Positions 30,700 through 43,621 of a DNA stretch of 64,000 bases are shown in pieces (positions within the stretch are counted from its first letter, which is position 1; each line of letters starts with the position of its first letter). The position numbers and the translations under genes are program-made. The DNA lies in NCBI GenBank assembly GCA_965198005.1, contig CBDAOI010000004.1:2336001-2400000 (forward strand), given 5' to 3'. The notes under the pieces were generated by a model. It saw only the letters and a list, made by a program, of their open reading frames with translations. It was not told the origin of the DNA and searched no databases. Source of the DNA: Spirochaetia bacterium. GTDB lineage: Bacteria; Spirochaetota; Spirochaetia; SZUA-6; Bin103.

Positions 30700-31935
30700 T
30701 CAGTCCACCAGCGCCTGGTACACGAGCTGCTTCAAGAGCCGCCGCAGCACCCGCGGCGGGCTGTGCGGCACCGCGTCAGAAGACCGCACTTGCACCATGA
30801 AGGTCAGGCTCAGCTCCTCGAGCGGATCCACCCAGAAACAGGTGCCGGCCATGCCGCCCCAGGCGAACTCGCCGGGCGAGTCGATCACGTTGGCCGTGGC
30901 CGGATCGAGCACCACCGAGAAGCCCAGGCCGAAACCGACGCCCGCGAACGGCGTCTCGCTGAACACGGCCTGTCCCATCGCGGCCAGATCGCGGTTTTCC
31001 GGCAGGTGGTTGCGGGTCATGTACTCGACCGTCTTGCGCCCGAGCAGCCGCACGCCGTCGAGCTCGCCCTTGCCGAGCAGCAGGTCGGCGAAGCGCCGGT
31101 AGTCGTCGATGGTGGAGACCATGCCGCCGCCGCCGGAGAGCATCGCGGGCGGCCGCAGGAAGGTGCTGGTGGCCGGGTCGTCCGTGAGGCGGAAGGCCGG
31201 CGTGCCCGAAGCTCCCGGCACCGACTCGTAGCACGCGGCGAAGCGGTGGGCCTGGTCCGCCGGCACCATGAAGCCGCTGTCGTCCATCCCCAGCGGCCCG
31301 GTGATGCGTTCGGCAATGTAGTCGTCGAGCGGCCGGCCGGAGAGCACCTGCACCAGATAGCCGACCGCGTCGGTGGACATGCCGTACTGCCAGCGCGTGC
31401 CCGGCGAGAACTGCAGCGGCAGCTCGCCGAGCGTGGCGATCACTTCCTCCAGCGACTCGGTCCCGGCCGCGCCGCCGATGCCACCGCGCGCCCGATACAG
31501 CGCGTCCACGGGGTGGCTGCGCATGAAGTCGTAGGTCAGGCCGGAGGTATGGGTGAGCAGATCCTTGATGATCATCGGCCGGTCGGGCGCCCGTGTCCGG
31601 TAGTCGTGCTCGTCGCCGTCCGCGAACACCTTGAGGCCCGCCCAACCGGGAACGTAGCGGCTCACCGGATCGTCCAACTGGAACGCCCCGCGCTCGTAGA
31701 GCTGCATCAGCGCCACGCTCGTGATCGGCTTGGTCATCGAGTAGATGCGTACGATGGTGTCGCGCGCGAACTGGCGCCGGCGTTCGACGTCCATCAGTCC
31801 GTGCGCCAGAAACAGCTGATCCCGGCCGTGCCGGGATACCAGCAGCAGGTATCCCGGAAGCTGACCTTGGTCGACGTAGCTGTGCAGAAAGGGCTCGATC
31901 CGGCCGAGTCGTTGGTCCGAGAATTCGCCTGCCAT
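30700..31935 (-). CDS. Serine hydrolase (beta-lactamase-like family)
   Basis: SMTK, LLTHTSG, PGTRWQY, WGG.AGT. Confidence 0.9.
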   Translation of the reverse strand: MAGEFSDQRLGRIEPFLHSYVDQGQLPGYLLLVSRHGRDQLFLAHGLMDVERRRQFARDTIVRIYSMTKPITSVALMQLYERGAFQLDDPVSRYVPGWAGLKVFADGDEHDYRTRAPDRPMIIKDLLTHTSGLTYDFMRSHPVDALYRARGGIGGAAGTESLEEVIATLGELPLQFSPGTRWQYGMSTDAVGYLVQVLSGRPLDDYIAERITGPLGMDDSGFMVPADQAHRFAACYESVPGASGTPAFRLTDDPATSTFLRPPAMLSGGGGMVSTIDDYRRFADLLLGKGELDGVRLLGRKTVEYMTRNHLPENRDLAAMGQAVFSETPFAGVGFGLGFSVVLDPATANVIDSPGEFAWGGMAGTCFWVDPLEELSLTFMVQVRSSDAVPHSPPRVLRRLLKQLVYQALVD

Positions 31936-32008
31936 GCCAGCAGCGTACCACACACCGCAGCCCGCGCACGCGTTCGTTCGCCCGGACTGCCGCGACTACC
32001 CGTACTGC

Positions 32009-32743
32009 CTACCAGTGCTTGATCATCTCGAGCTCCGGATTGGTCGAGGTGTACAGCGACATCACCGGGGTGAACACCTTCGGCGACTGGGTGACGGCCA
32101 GCATGATCAGGTCGGCTACGTCATCCGGCTGCCCCAGCTTGGCCAGGTCGTCGCGGTGACGGTCCCGGCGCATCCGGGAATCCACCGGCCCCGGCTCGAT
32201 CAGGGTGGCCTTCACGCCGTGCCGGCCCCCCTCCGCGCGGGTGACGCCGGTGAACCCGCCCACCCCGAACTTGGCCGCGCAGTAGGCGCCGTAGTTGGCG
32301 CCCGGGTGCCTGCCCGCCAGCGAGGAGACGTTGAGAATGTGGCCGCTTCCCTGCGCGCACATGTGGCTGAACACCGCCTGCGTGCACAGAAACACCCCCT
32401 TGAGATTGACCGCCAGATTCAGGTCCCACAGCTCCTCGGTAATCGCCGGGATCGGTGAGGTGCCCCCCACTCCCGCGTTGTTCACCAGGATGTCGACCCG
32501 CCCGAACCGGTCCAGCGTCTGCCGCACCAGCTCTTCGACCTCCGCCTTGCACGCGACGTCGGTCGGCACCGCCAGCGCTACCCCGTCGAGCGTGCGAATC
32601 TCCTCGGCGACCGCGTCGATCTCCGCCGCGGTACGCGCCGCGAGCACCACGTTCGCCCCGGCGCGGGCAAACGCCAACGCCGTCGCGCGTCCTATGCCGC
32701 GCCCGGCGCCGGTTACGATCGCCGTCTGTCCTTTCAAATCCAT
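32009..32743 (-). CDS. SDR oxidoreductase
   Basis: TGAGRGIG, NNAG, YCAAK. Confidence 0.92.
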   Translation of the reverse strand: MDLKGQTAIVTGAGRGIGRATALAFARAGANVVLAARTAAEIDAVAEEIRTLDGVALAVPTDVACKAEVEELVRQTLDRFGRVDILVNNAGVGGTSPIPAITEELWDLNLAVNLKGVFLCTQAVFSHMCAQGSGHILNVSSLAGRHPGANYGAYCAAKFGVGGFTGVTRAEGGRHGVKATLIEPGPVDSRMRRDRHRDDLAKLGQPDDVADLIMLAVTQSPKVFTPVMSLYTSTNPELEMIKHW

Positions 32744-32889
32744 GTGTCGTCCTCCATTGTCATTGTGAATCTCGTGAATCTCATGTATCTCATACCTTTA
32801 TCGACACCTTCGGCCCGACGGATCAGTACCGCAATGAACCTACTGCGCCGACGCGGGTCACTTCAGCGGCGGCGGCCACACCGCCCCTC

Positions 32890-33640
32890 GGCAGCAGTGC
32901 TGCATCAGCGGCTGCAGCGCTATCTGGCCGCAGGGGGCTTTCCCGAAGCGCAGGGGGCGGAGCCGAGAGACCGCGCGGCTTTGCTGACCGGTTATGTCGA
33001 CCTGGGCGTGCTGCGCGACGTCATCGAGCGGTACGAGGTGACCAATCCGCTCGCATTGCGTTGGTTGCAGCGGCAGTTGCTGGCCAATCCCGGAGGGGCG
33101 TTCTCGGTGAAGAAGCAGTACGACACCCTGCGCTCGCAGGGCGTGCGCGTGGGCAAGGACACCCTGCACGACTACCTTGGCTACCTGGAGGATGCCTTCC
33201 TGGTGCGGACGGTCTCCCTGCATGCCGCCTCCGAGCGGCGGCGCATGGTCAATCCCCGCAAGGCGTATCCGGTGGACCCCGGGTTGATCGCCCTGTTTGC
33301 GCGCAGCGGTCGCAGCCACCGCGGCCGTGCCCTGGAAACCGCCGTCCTGCTGGAGTTGGAACGACGCGGCTGGGAAGCCTCCTACGTGCGCACCAGCGAA
33401 GGCTGGGAGGTCGACTTCTTGGCTCACCGCGCCGGAGACCCTCCGATGCTGGTCCAGGTATGTCTCGAAACCGCTCAGGACGCGACCTGGGAGCGCGAAC
33501 TGCGTGCCCTCCAGGCGGCCGGTGAGGCGTACCCGGATGCGACCCGCTGGCTCGTCACTCTCGACCCGTCTCCTCCGCGAGGCCTGCCGGATAGCGTCAA
33601 CTGGGCGTCCGCCGCCAGTTGGCTGTTGGGAGACTGGTGA
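32890..33640 (+). pseudogene. AAA_14/DUF4143 ATP-binding protein, N-terminal ATPase part deleted
   Basis: YLAAGGFPE, RDVIER, NPRKAYPVDPG, LET, EVDF, VQV; no Walker A. Confidence 0.8.
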
Positions 33641-33788
33641 TCGCTCGGCGCGCTCGCTCCGGAACGCGCCAGCTCGTAGCCCCCTCCGTCGGTGGCCGCG
33701 CCGCCGTCATGACGCCCGGGTGCGCGGCGTGGACGATGCGCCGCCGGCGGCAATACACTTAGACGTAGAGACTGGAAAAAGGGACCGC

Positions 33789-35791
<2,003 letters not shown>

Positions 35792-35795
<4 letters not shown>

Positions 35796-37531
35796 GCGCC
35801 CACTGGAGCGGCGTCGAGGGCAACCTTACCGCCTACGGCGATCCCCGCTTCAGTTCCTTCCTGCGGCGCGCGTTCCTGGCTTCCGCCGGCTACGACCACA
35901 CCGACCTGGAGCGCCCGATCGTGGCGATCGTCGACACCGGCTCCGACTACACCACCTGCCACCGGGACCTGCCGGCGCTGGTCGCCGCGGTGCGCCGCGG
36001 TGTGCTCCAGGGCGGCGCCCTGCCGCTCACGCTGCCGACGCTGTCGCTGGGAGAGATCCTGATCTCGCCCACGTCGATGCTGTACCGCAACCTGCTGGCG
36101 ATGGAGACCGAGGAGGCGCTCACCGCCTACCCCATGGACGCGGCGGTGCTGGTCGGGGGCTGCGACAAGACCGTCCCGGCGCAACTGATGGCGGCGGCGT
36201 CGGCCGACGTGCCGGCGCTGGCGCTGGTCACCGGGCCGATGCGCACCGGCCGCTGGCGCGGCACGCGGCTGGGCGCCTGCACCGACTGCCGGGACCACTG
36301 GCTGCAGTACCGCGCCGGCACGCTGGCCGACGAGGAGCTGGCGCAGGTGCAGCAGGAGCTGTGCCCCACCGGCGGCACCTGCATGGTGATGGGCACCGCC
36401 TCGACCATGGCCTGCCTCACGGAGGCGCTGGGGCTGATGCTGCCGGGCGGCGCCACCCCGCCGTCCGGCTCGGCCGCGCGCCTGCGCCATGCGGTGGCCA
36501 CCGGCCGCCGCGCCGCCGTCCTGGCGCGGGCGCCGCTGCGCCCGCGCCAGGTGCTCACCGCCGCCGCCTTCGGCAACGCGGTGTGCGCGCTGATGGCGCT
36601 GGGCGGATCGACCAACGCGATCATTCACCTGCTGGCGATCGCCCGCCGGGCCGGGGTGCCGCTGAGCCTGGACAGCTTCGCCGAGGCGGCCGGGCGGGTC
36701 CCGCTGCTGGTCAACTGCAAGCCCAGCGGCGAGCTGTGGCTGGAGGATCTGGACCACGCCGGCGGCATGCCGGCCGTGCTGCGCGAGCTGCGCCCGCTGC
36801 TGGAGCTGGACGTGCGCGGGGTGGCCGGCACCACCCTGGCCGAGCAGCTCGCGGGCGTGCCGCCGGCCGCCACCGACCCGGCCAACACGCCGGCGGCCGG
36901 CAGGCCGGTGATTTCGCCGCTGGCGGAGCCGCTGGGGCCGCCGGGGGCGCTGACCATCCTGCGCGGCTCGCTCGCCCCGGACGGCGCCGTGCTCAAGACC
37001 GCGGCCGCCACCCCCGCCCTGCTGCGCCACCGCGGGCCGGCGCTGGTGTTCGACTCCTCCGAAGACCTGGCCGCGCGCATCGACGATCCCGCGCTCCCGG
37101 TCACCCCGCAGCACGTGCTGGTGCTGCGCAACTGCGGACCCGCCGCCGCCGGCATGCCGGAATCGGGCTCGGTGCCGATCCCGCGCAAGCTGGCCGGGGC
37201 CGGCGTGCGCGACCTGGTGCGCGTGTCCGACGCCCGCATGAGCGGCACCGCCGCCGGCACCTGCGTGCTGCACTGCTCGCCCGAGGCGGCGCGCGGCGGT
37301 CCCCTGGCGCTGGTGCAGGACGGCGATGCGATCGAGTTGGACGCGCCGGCCGGCCGCATCGACCTGCTGGTGCCGGCGGCCGAGCTGGAGCGCCGCCGCC
37401 GCGCGGGCGCCGCCGCCGCCCCGCCGCCGCTGCCCGCGCGCGGCTGGAAGCGGCTGCACGCCGAGCACGTGCTGCCCGCCCACCTCGGCGCCGACCTCGA
37501 CTTCCTCGCCCCCGATCCGGCGGACGCATAG
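35792..37531 (+). CDS. IlvD/Edd-family dehydratase
   Basis: CH, GGCDKT, GTC.VMGTASTM, GGSTN, GMPE, DARMSGT. Confidence 0.9.
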
Positions 37532-37639
37532 CGGATCCGGCTTCATGACGAAGCGACGATCGCGCAGGACCTGCGAGCGCCAGTTTCCTATCATGGTCCT
37601 ACCATCGCCGCCCGAACGCATCCTGGAACCGTTCGATGC

Positions 37640-37820
37640 GCGCGCCAACCAGTGCACGCCCATTCTCAGAGTTCTTCTCGACGAACAGATCCGCATCCTG
37701 GGTCGTGTCCGGGAACCCGAGCAGTATGGCACCGGATTTGTCAATGAAGAGGTAGCGAACGCCGTGGCGCCGGAGAGCGTCGCGTATCTCCTCAGCTTGC
37801 CGATACTCGAACGCGGCCAT
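37640..37820 (-). pseudogene. Nucleotidyltransferase-like protein, truncated
   Basis: VRYLFI.KSGAILLGFPDTTQDADLF. Confidence 0.6.
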
Positions 37821-38010
37821 AGCCCAGCCAGTCCGGCAGCACCCGCTCGCACCACTGACGATACTCCTCCATCGTGTCGAACGAGCGGTACGGCGCGTCG
37901 TCGAGCACCGGTTTGTAGGTGCTGATGAACGCATAGCGCCAGCGCAACTCCAGGGGGCGGCGCGCGGCGGCCTCGAATTCGGCGCGGAGCGCTTGGTCAA
38001 TGCGAGTCAC
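37792..38010 (-). CDS. Small hypothetical protein (partner of the nucleotidyltransferase)
   Basis: YRSFDTMEEYRQW; overlaps the downstream gene start. Confidence 0.6.
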   Translation of the reverse strand: MTRIDQALRAEFEAAARRPLELRWRYAFISTYKPVLDDAPYRSFDTMEEYRQWCERVLPDWLGYGRVRVSAS

Positions 38011-38127
38011 GCCGCCATTGCAGGACGGGTGCGGCCCGTGTACAACCTCCGCGGGCTACTCTGGAACCGCCAATGGCTTACCATTATGATTGCCAGATAC
38101 CATTAGTTGTGGTAGGATCAGGGTCCT

Positions 38128-38394
38128 ATGAAGACCCGAATCGATAGCTCCGGCCGACTCGTGATACCGAAGCCACTGCGCGAGCGATACCGGTTTGACG
38201 CGGGTGCCGAGATCGAGATCGTCACGATTCCCGATGGCATCACCCTGGTGGCCGCCGCGAGCGAACGCCGAATCGTCCGTCGCGGCCGGGTCGTGGCGGT
38301 CGCTACCGGCGGGGGCGCAGCCTCAGCGGAGATTTTCGCCGTCGACCGCGTCCGCACTGGCCACCTGGACGGGAAAGGCGGCTTGTTGACGTGA
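38128..38394 (+). CDS. AbrB/MazE-fold antitoxin
   Basis: IDSSGRLVIPKPLRE. Confidence 0.85.
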   Translation: MKTRIDSSGRLVIPKPLRERYRFDAGAEIEIVTIPDGITLVAAASERRIVRRGRVVAVATGGGAASAEIFAVDRVRTGHLDGKGGLLT

Positions 38395-38730
38395 CGGTCG
38401 GGGTGGACACATCGGTGATCGTGGCGGCAGTTCACGCGAATCATCCGGTGCATCTCCCGTCGGCACGGTGGCTTGACACCGCGTTCGACGTGCATGAGGT
38501 GGTCGTCGCGCACCACTCCATCCTCGAGGCATACGCCGTGCTCACGCGACTCCCTGCCCAATACCGGGTATCCCCGTCCGAGGCCGAGATCGTCCTCCGC
38601 GAAACGTTGGAGAAAAACGCGCGCGTCGACACCGCGATTCTGGAACATAGTAAGGACACAAGTACCCACCATGCACAGAGCGCGCGGCTGGCTAAGGGAG
38701 CACGGGCAGATCCTCGAGGAAGAGGTTTAG
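38391..38730 (+). pseudogene. PIN toxin truncated and fused to a possible HepT/DUF86 C-terminal remnant
   Basis: VDTSVIVAA..H.H, E.YAVLTRLP; then WNIVRTQVP in another frame. Confidence 0.65.
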
Positions 38731-39158
38731 GCAGCGGGTTAGTGCACGGTTTCGATGTGGGAGTCATGCGCCAACAAGCGGCGGGCGCCCGGGCGGCCAA
38801 GCTCCATTGCCCTATCAACGTCATCTTCCAGAGTGACGTTCCAGTGCTATGGTTGGTGGCGTGTTCCTTGATGACATGACTTGGCCAAACAGAACTCCGT
38901 CTATCGATGGGTTGACCACGAGGGGTTGCCGGCTCACTTCTTCGGAGGTAGATGACTGGGTGGAGGTAACCACCCGTCTACTAGGGCTTCGGCAGCTTTC
39001 CATCCCTGCGCAGGCGCCAGATTGTCATGTTCGAGCAGCTGTAGGTGACGGTCAAAAACTGCGCTTATTTGCTGAAACGAGATGTGGCACTTGACAAGGG
39101 ATATCGCTGAGGTGGCAAGGTAGTGCGCAGTGTATCGATGGATAATAGCAGACGATCT

Positions 39159-39419
39159 TCAGGAGTACGTAGACTCCGAACGGCGGACGACCTTGAGGAT
39201 GACGATCAGCGATGTGACGGTGTGGATATCGTATACGACCCGGTAGGGACCGACCCTGATCCGCCACGTCTGCCGGGATCCTCGCAACTTGCGACATCCG
39301 ACCGGGCGAGGATTCCGGGCCAACTCGGTTATGGGGCCGGCAAGCCTGCGTCGCGCTGCAGCTGGTAAGCGCCGAAGCTCCCGCTGCGCGGCAGGAGCCA
39401 ACTCCACGCGATAGAGCAT
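39159..39419 (-). CDS. RelE/ParE toxin
   Basis: YRVEL..AAQRELRRL, NPRP.G.KL, WRIRVGPYRVVY. Confidence 0.9.
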   Translation of the reverse strand: MLYRVELAPAAQRELRRLPAAARRRLAGPITELARNPRPVGCRKLRGSRQTWRIRVGPYRVVYDIHTVTSLIVILKVVRRSESTYS

Positions 39420-39422
39420 CCG

Positions 39423-39668
39423 TTATCCCGGCGGATCGGCGTCCAGTTCAGCAAAGAACTCACCGGCTTCCCGACCGCCGTCCCGTTCCCACTCGCGGCG
39501 CGACTCTGCCAAGGCGGCTTGCAACTCCTCGTCCTCTTGGGCCTGCAGCCAGTCACGAACAGCCTGGGCAACGATATCCTTGGCATGTTGCCCACTCCGA
39601 ACCGCAGCTACCTTGAGTGCGGTGTAAAGCCCTTCGTCGTCGAAAACAACGGTCATACGCTTGGACAT
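39423..39668 (-). CDS. RHH antitoxin
   Basis: Directly upstream of relE, GGAGG SD, acidic C-terminus. Confidence 0.75.
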   Translation of the reverse strand: MSKRMTVVFDDEGLYTALKVAAVRSGQHAKDIVAQAVRDWLQAQEDEELQAALAESRREWERDGGREAGEFFAELDADPPG

Positions 39669-39744
39669 ACTGCCTCCTGAACGTCTGCACGTGTAAGCAT
39701 ACAGCCACTTGGCCCGGGCCGTATAGGCGCGGCGTTCCAGGGCA

Positions 39745-40270
39745 TCAGCGGATCAGGGCGAGCGCCTGCTGCAGCGAGACCTCGCTGAACGACTGCTTCG
39801 GAATCGAGCCGCCCGCGACGACGCGGAGCCAGTGGCTGCGCACGGCGCTATCGTCGGGTGGCACGGAGTCGATTACGGCGCGCGCCCACTCGGCCGGCTC
39901 GGCGCGGCCGCAGGCCACCGCCAGCGTAGGCTGCTCGGTCGACCCGGTTGCCGAGTAGGTGTAGCAGCGCCGGATGGTGCGACGGGCGCTGGCCATCTGC
40001 ACCGCTGTGAATTCGACGCGCTGCCGGGTCCGGCCGGGACCAGGAGCACGTTGATCGCCCGGTCCAGGATCGCGTCGAGCGTCTGGCCGGCATCCCCCGC
40101 GACCGCCACGTCCTTGTGCCCGGGCCAGACGTCGAGCATGCCGTAGGAAGCAGGCGGCGTGCGCCGCTGAAACGTATAGTGGTCGGGATAGGCGAAGAAC
40201 TCGTCGCCGGTCGCGCGATAGCGGTCGTAGAACGCGCTGGTGTAGGCCAGCAGCAGCAGACACGCGCCCA
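39745..40270 (-). pseudogene. Hypothetical protein remnant (5'-truncated, frameshifted)
   Basis: Protein-like sequence split over two frames (FFAYPDHYTF, LDVWP). Confidence 0.45.
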
Positions 40271-40284
40271 GGCCGTCGATGCCC

Positions 40285-40794
40285 CCCCGGGCTCGTTGTA
40301 CAGGTCCCACACCAGCACCCGGCGGTCGTTGCCGAAGCTCCCCACCAGGTCGCTGACGTACGCCTCGAGCTGCGGCCAGCGCGCCGGGTCGTCGGCGGTG
40401 GCGTAGCCGGGGCTCGGCGTCCAGCGGCTGTTGTGCACCCCCGGCTTGGGCTCGTCCTGGCGCCCCGGATAGGGGTCGCGGTCGTCAAAGCGGCAGTCGT
40501 CGAACAGGATCGGCATCATCGATGCGCCTGCGCCGTCAGCCAGCCTCAAAAAAATCTCCAGGCGCTCCTTGTGGCCCTCCGGGTCGGCCTCCCACACCAT
40601 GAACTGCAGGAACACGCGCACCGTGTTGTAGCCGAGCCCGGCCGCCAACTGCAGCTCGCGCTCGATGGTGGCGGGATCGAAGGTCTGCCACATCTCGGTG
40701 CTGTTCACCGCCGTGTTCGGAGGAAGTTGCAGCCGAACGCCCAGGGGATCGACGCGAACCACTCGTTGGCCCGCTCCGCGCTCCACTGTTCCAT
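40285..40794 (-). pseudogene. GH5-like glycoside hydrolase N-terminal half
   Basis: MEQWS..RANEW, GCNF, EMWQ, NTVRVFL, WDLYNEP then stops; frameshift near 40720. Confidence 0.75.
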
Positions 40795-40904
40795 CACTTA
40801 CCCTCAGCCTCCGCGTCCGTCTCCGAGAACACGATCGGGTTCATGACGCTGGTGGCGAGCTGGCCGGGCAGCAGGCCGCCCACGAAGCGCAGCCCATCCG
40901 GCGA

Positions 40905-41692
40905 GCGCGACATCCACCGGTTAGGGGCAACGCAACCGGCGTGTCCTACCATTGCCCCCCCCGGAATCCTTTCGCGGCGGGGGTTGACAAATGGTGGGCC
41001 CCCCAGACTGTCTCTTCAGGCCATCGACTGCCGTTCACCGAGGATTGCTGGGGCGATTCGTGGTTGACGTCCTCGGGAGTGGAGGTTATTATAGGGTGGG
41101 ATGCAGTCAATCGCGACTACATCTGGGTCTGGGTATAGCTGTGCCTCACCTGCGGAGGGCTTGAGTGACCTATAACACGTCAACCCTTATGACACTCTGT
41201 TCCCCTGACAGCCGCTCGCCGAGATTTGCTGAAAATCAGCTCGCGGCGCGCTTGCTTAATGGTGAGGAGTGCCCCCCCCCCGGCGCCGGGCAACACACCT
41301 AACTTTTCATTCACCCCAGAAACAGCTAACCGCTCCGGCCGACCGGGCGGAGCACGCGCACCTGCGTGTGCTCCTGCGCACACCCGCGCCTTCGGCATCA
41401 CTCCGTCAACTACCGGGCCAGGCGATCCAGGCGACACCCTGCGCCTGCCGCGTGGCCGTGTGGATGGCGTCGAAATCCGGAACTCTGCGGAACAAGGAGG
41501 TGCAAGCTGATACTCAAAGAACCACACCAGGCGCGCGGCCTGAGCCCCTGAGTTCATGAGGCACACGCCGCGCGCTCCACGATTGGAGATTGCCGTTGCT
41601 GTCTGGCCGCCCGCGTTGCGGGCGCGAGAGTGGCAGCGAAAGGCAACTCGCCGGCAGAACTCTCAAAATCAGAGTATGGAGGAGAGATCATT
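40905..41692 (+). promoter_or_regulatory. SBP leader interrupted by an IS-end-like piece
   Basis: IHRLGATQPACPT..PP (about 40910), C11 (41271-41281), GAAACAGCTAACCGCTCCGGC, GGAGG-CTGATACTCAAAGAACCACAC, GAGAGT/ACTCTC. Confidence 0.7.
41168..41228. repeat. About 60-bp repeat shared with 56361-56421 (probable IS end)
   Basis: ACCTATAACACGTCAAC.CTTATGACACTCTGTTCCCCTGACAGCCGCTCGCCGAGA. Confidence 0.7.
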
Positions 41693-43474
41693 ATGAATCT
41701 TCCAAGAATTGCACACCCCTTCGTGGTTGTGCTCGTGTTCGCCCTGGTCGCGACCGGCATCTGGGCCAGCGGCGAGAGCGACCAGCCGGCCGCGGCGGTG
41801 GAGAAGGAGATGGTGCTCGACCCGTCCACCGGCGAGATGGTGGAGGCGCCGCAGTATGGCGGGAGCGTCACCTATGCCCGGCCCAACCTGGGTGAGCATA
41901 CGGATGTATGGTACATCAGCGGCTGGGCCACCCACTGGATCAGCGAGGTGGTCGAGAAGCTCGTCATCGTAGATTGGGCGCTGGACAGGAAGATAAACAA
42001 CTTGCGGACCTATGACGTGCCCTGGTCTATCTTCCGCGGGGCGTTGGCGGAGAGCTGGGAAACGCCCGACGCTACCACGATCGTCGCCCACATCCGTCAG
42101 GGCGTTCGCTGGCACGACAAGGCACCGATGAACGGTCGGGAGCTGACCGCCAGCGATGTCGAGTTCAACTTTCATCGTCTCTGGGGGCTGGGCAGCGGCT
42201 TCAGCGAAGTCAGCCCAATGTCTGGTGGGGTACACGAAATCGTGGAATCGGTAACGGCCACCGACGCCAGCACGGTTGTCTTCAAGCTGACGAGGCCAGA
42301 CCTCAACGCCCTGCCCAAGATCTTCGACCAGTGGGTTTCGCAGATCTACCCTCCGGAGGTCATCCGGGAACACGGCGACATCAAGGACTGGAGGAACCTG
42401 GTCGGCACGGGCCCCATGGAGCTGACGGACGTGGTCGAAGACGCCTCTCTGAAGTGGACCAGGGTTCCCGACTACTGGGGGTTCGACGAGAAGTTTCCGC
42501 AGAACCGTTTGCCCTACGTCGACGAGATAAACGCCCTCAAAATGCCGGATGAAGCAGCACGTCTGGCGGCCCTGCGCTCGGGCAGGGTTGATCTGCTGGG
42601 GACCGCCGGCGACTCTCAACTGAGGTCAATCGATCAGCTAAAGAGCCTGCGCGAGATCAATCCCGAGATCAATATGTGGGAGTTCGAGTTTCGCTCCGAA
42701 AACGCAACTGCCTTCAACAATGTGAACAAACCGCCCTTTGATGATATCCGGGTGCGTCGGGCCATGCAGATGGCGGTGGATGGCGAGACGATCGCGGAGA
42801 CCTTCTTCAGCGGTATTGGCGATGCGACGCCGCAGGGAACGTTTGCCAATTCCAAGATGGGGGTTGGCACGCCATTCGAGGAGTGGCCCGAAGAGATCAA
42901 ACAGTACTACCGGTACGACCCGCAACGCGCGAAGCAGCTGATGGCTGAGGCGGGCTATCCCGATGGCTTCAAGACCACTCTGTATGCCGGGCAGCGGCGC
43001 GGTTCGAGCTACGAAGAGCTACTCGCCAACTACTGGCGTGAGATTGGCGTGGAAGTCGAGATACGGACGTTCGACTCTACGCAAGGCGTTGCGCTCCGTA
43101 GAGATAATCCAGGAGGATTGATCGCCAATATCGCGGCTATCACATATGACGCAGTCTCTACCCTTAATTGGCACACGTGTGCGAATACCGGGAACCCATT
43201 CGCAGGGTGCGACCCGGAAATTGACGCTCTCTATGAGGCCGCTAACACAGCTTCCACCGTCGAGGAGGCGAATCGGTTGGCCAAAGAAGCGAATCTGCGC
43301 CTCATAGAACTGCACTGGAAGGTCGTTGGTCCAGTTACCCCACAGTTCAACGTCGCCCAGCCGTGGGTCAAGGGCTATAACGGCGAGGTCAGTCTCTCCA
43401 TATCCGGTCATTATTCTACGGTCTTGACCCGTGTCTGGATCGACCAGGATCTGAAGCGGGAGATGGGCTTCTGA
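41693..43474 (+). CDS. Family-5 ABC substrate-binding protein, intact
   Basis: GGAGG SD, signal peptide VATGIWA, conserved SBP blocks. Confidence 0.92.
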   Translation: MNLPRIAHPFVVVLVFALVATGIWASGESDQPAAAVEKEMVLDPSTGEMVEAPQYGGSVTYARPNLGEHTDVWYISGWATHWISEVVEKLVIVDWALDRKINNLRTYDVPWSIFRGALAESWETPDATTIVAHIRQGVRWHDKAPMNGRELTASDVEFNFHRLWGLGSGFSEVSPMSGGVHEIVESVTATDASTVVFKLTRPDLNALPKIFDQWVSQIYPPEVIREHGDIKDWRNLVGTGPMELTDVVEDASLKWTRVPDYWGFDEKFPQNRLPYVDEINALKMPDEAARLAALRSGRVDLLGTAGDSQLRSIDQLKSLREINPEINMWEFEFRSENATAFNNVNKPPFDDIRVRRAMQMAVDGETIAETFFSGIGDATPQGTFANSKMGVGTPFEEWPEEIKQYYRYDPQRAKQLMAEAGYPDGFKTTLYAGQRRGSSYEELLANYWREIGVEVEIRTFDSTQGVALRRDNPGGLIANIAAITYDAVSTLNWHTCANTGNPFAGCDPEIDALYEAANTASTVEEANRLAKEANLRLIELHWKVVGPVTPQFNVAQPWVKGYNGEVSLSISGHYSTVLTRVWIDQDLKREMGF

Positions 43475-43621
43475 GCCAACCGCTTCGCCGTTTGCTTAAG
43501 GAGTCGCTGCGCGACTCCACGAGCTAAGGACCCCGCCTAAAGGCGGGAGTCCTGCCTGCAGAGAGGGGCGCCGGGAGCCGCGCTCGGAAGCGTCTTCCCG
43601 GCGCCCATTTACCACGAAGAT

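Noticed and set aside
38980-39060. AlpA-like HTH sliver (SNMTIWRLRRDGKLPKP, minus strand) suggesting a prophage
   Set aside because: Too short, and no other phage genes nearby
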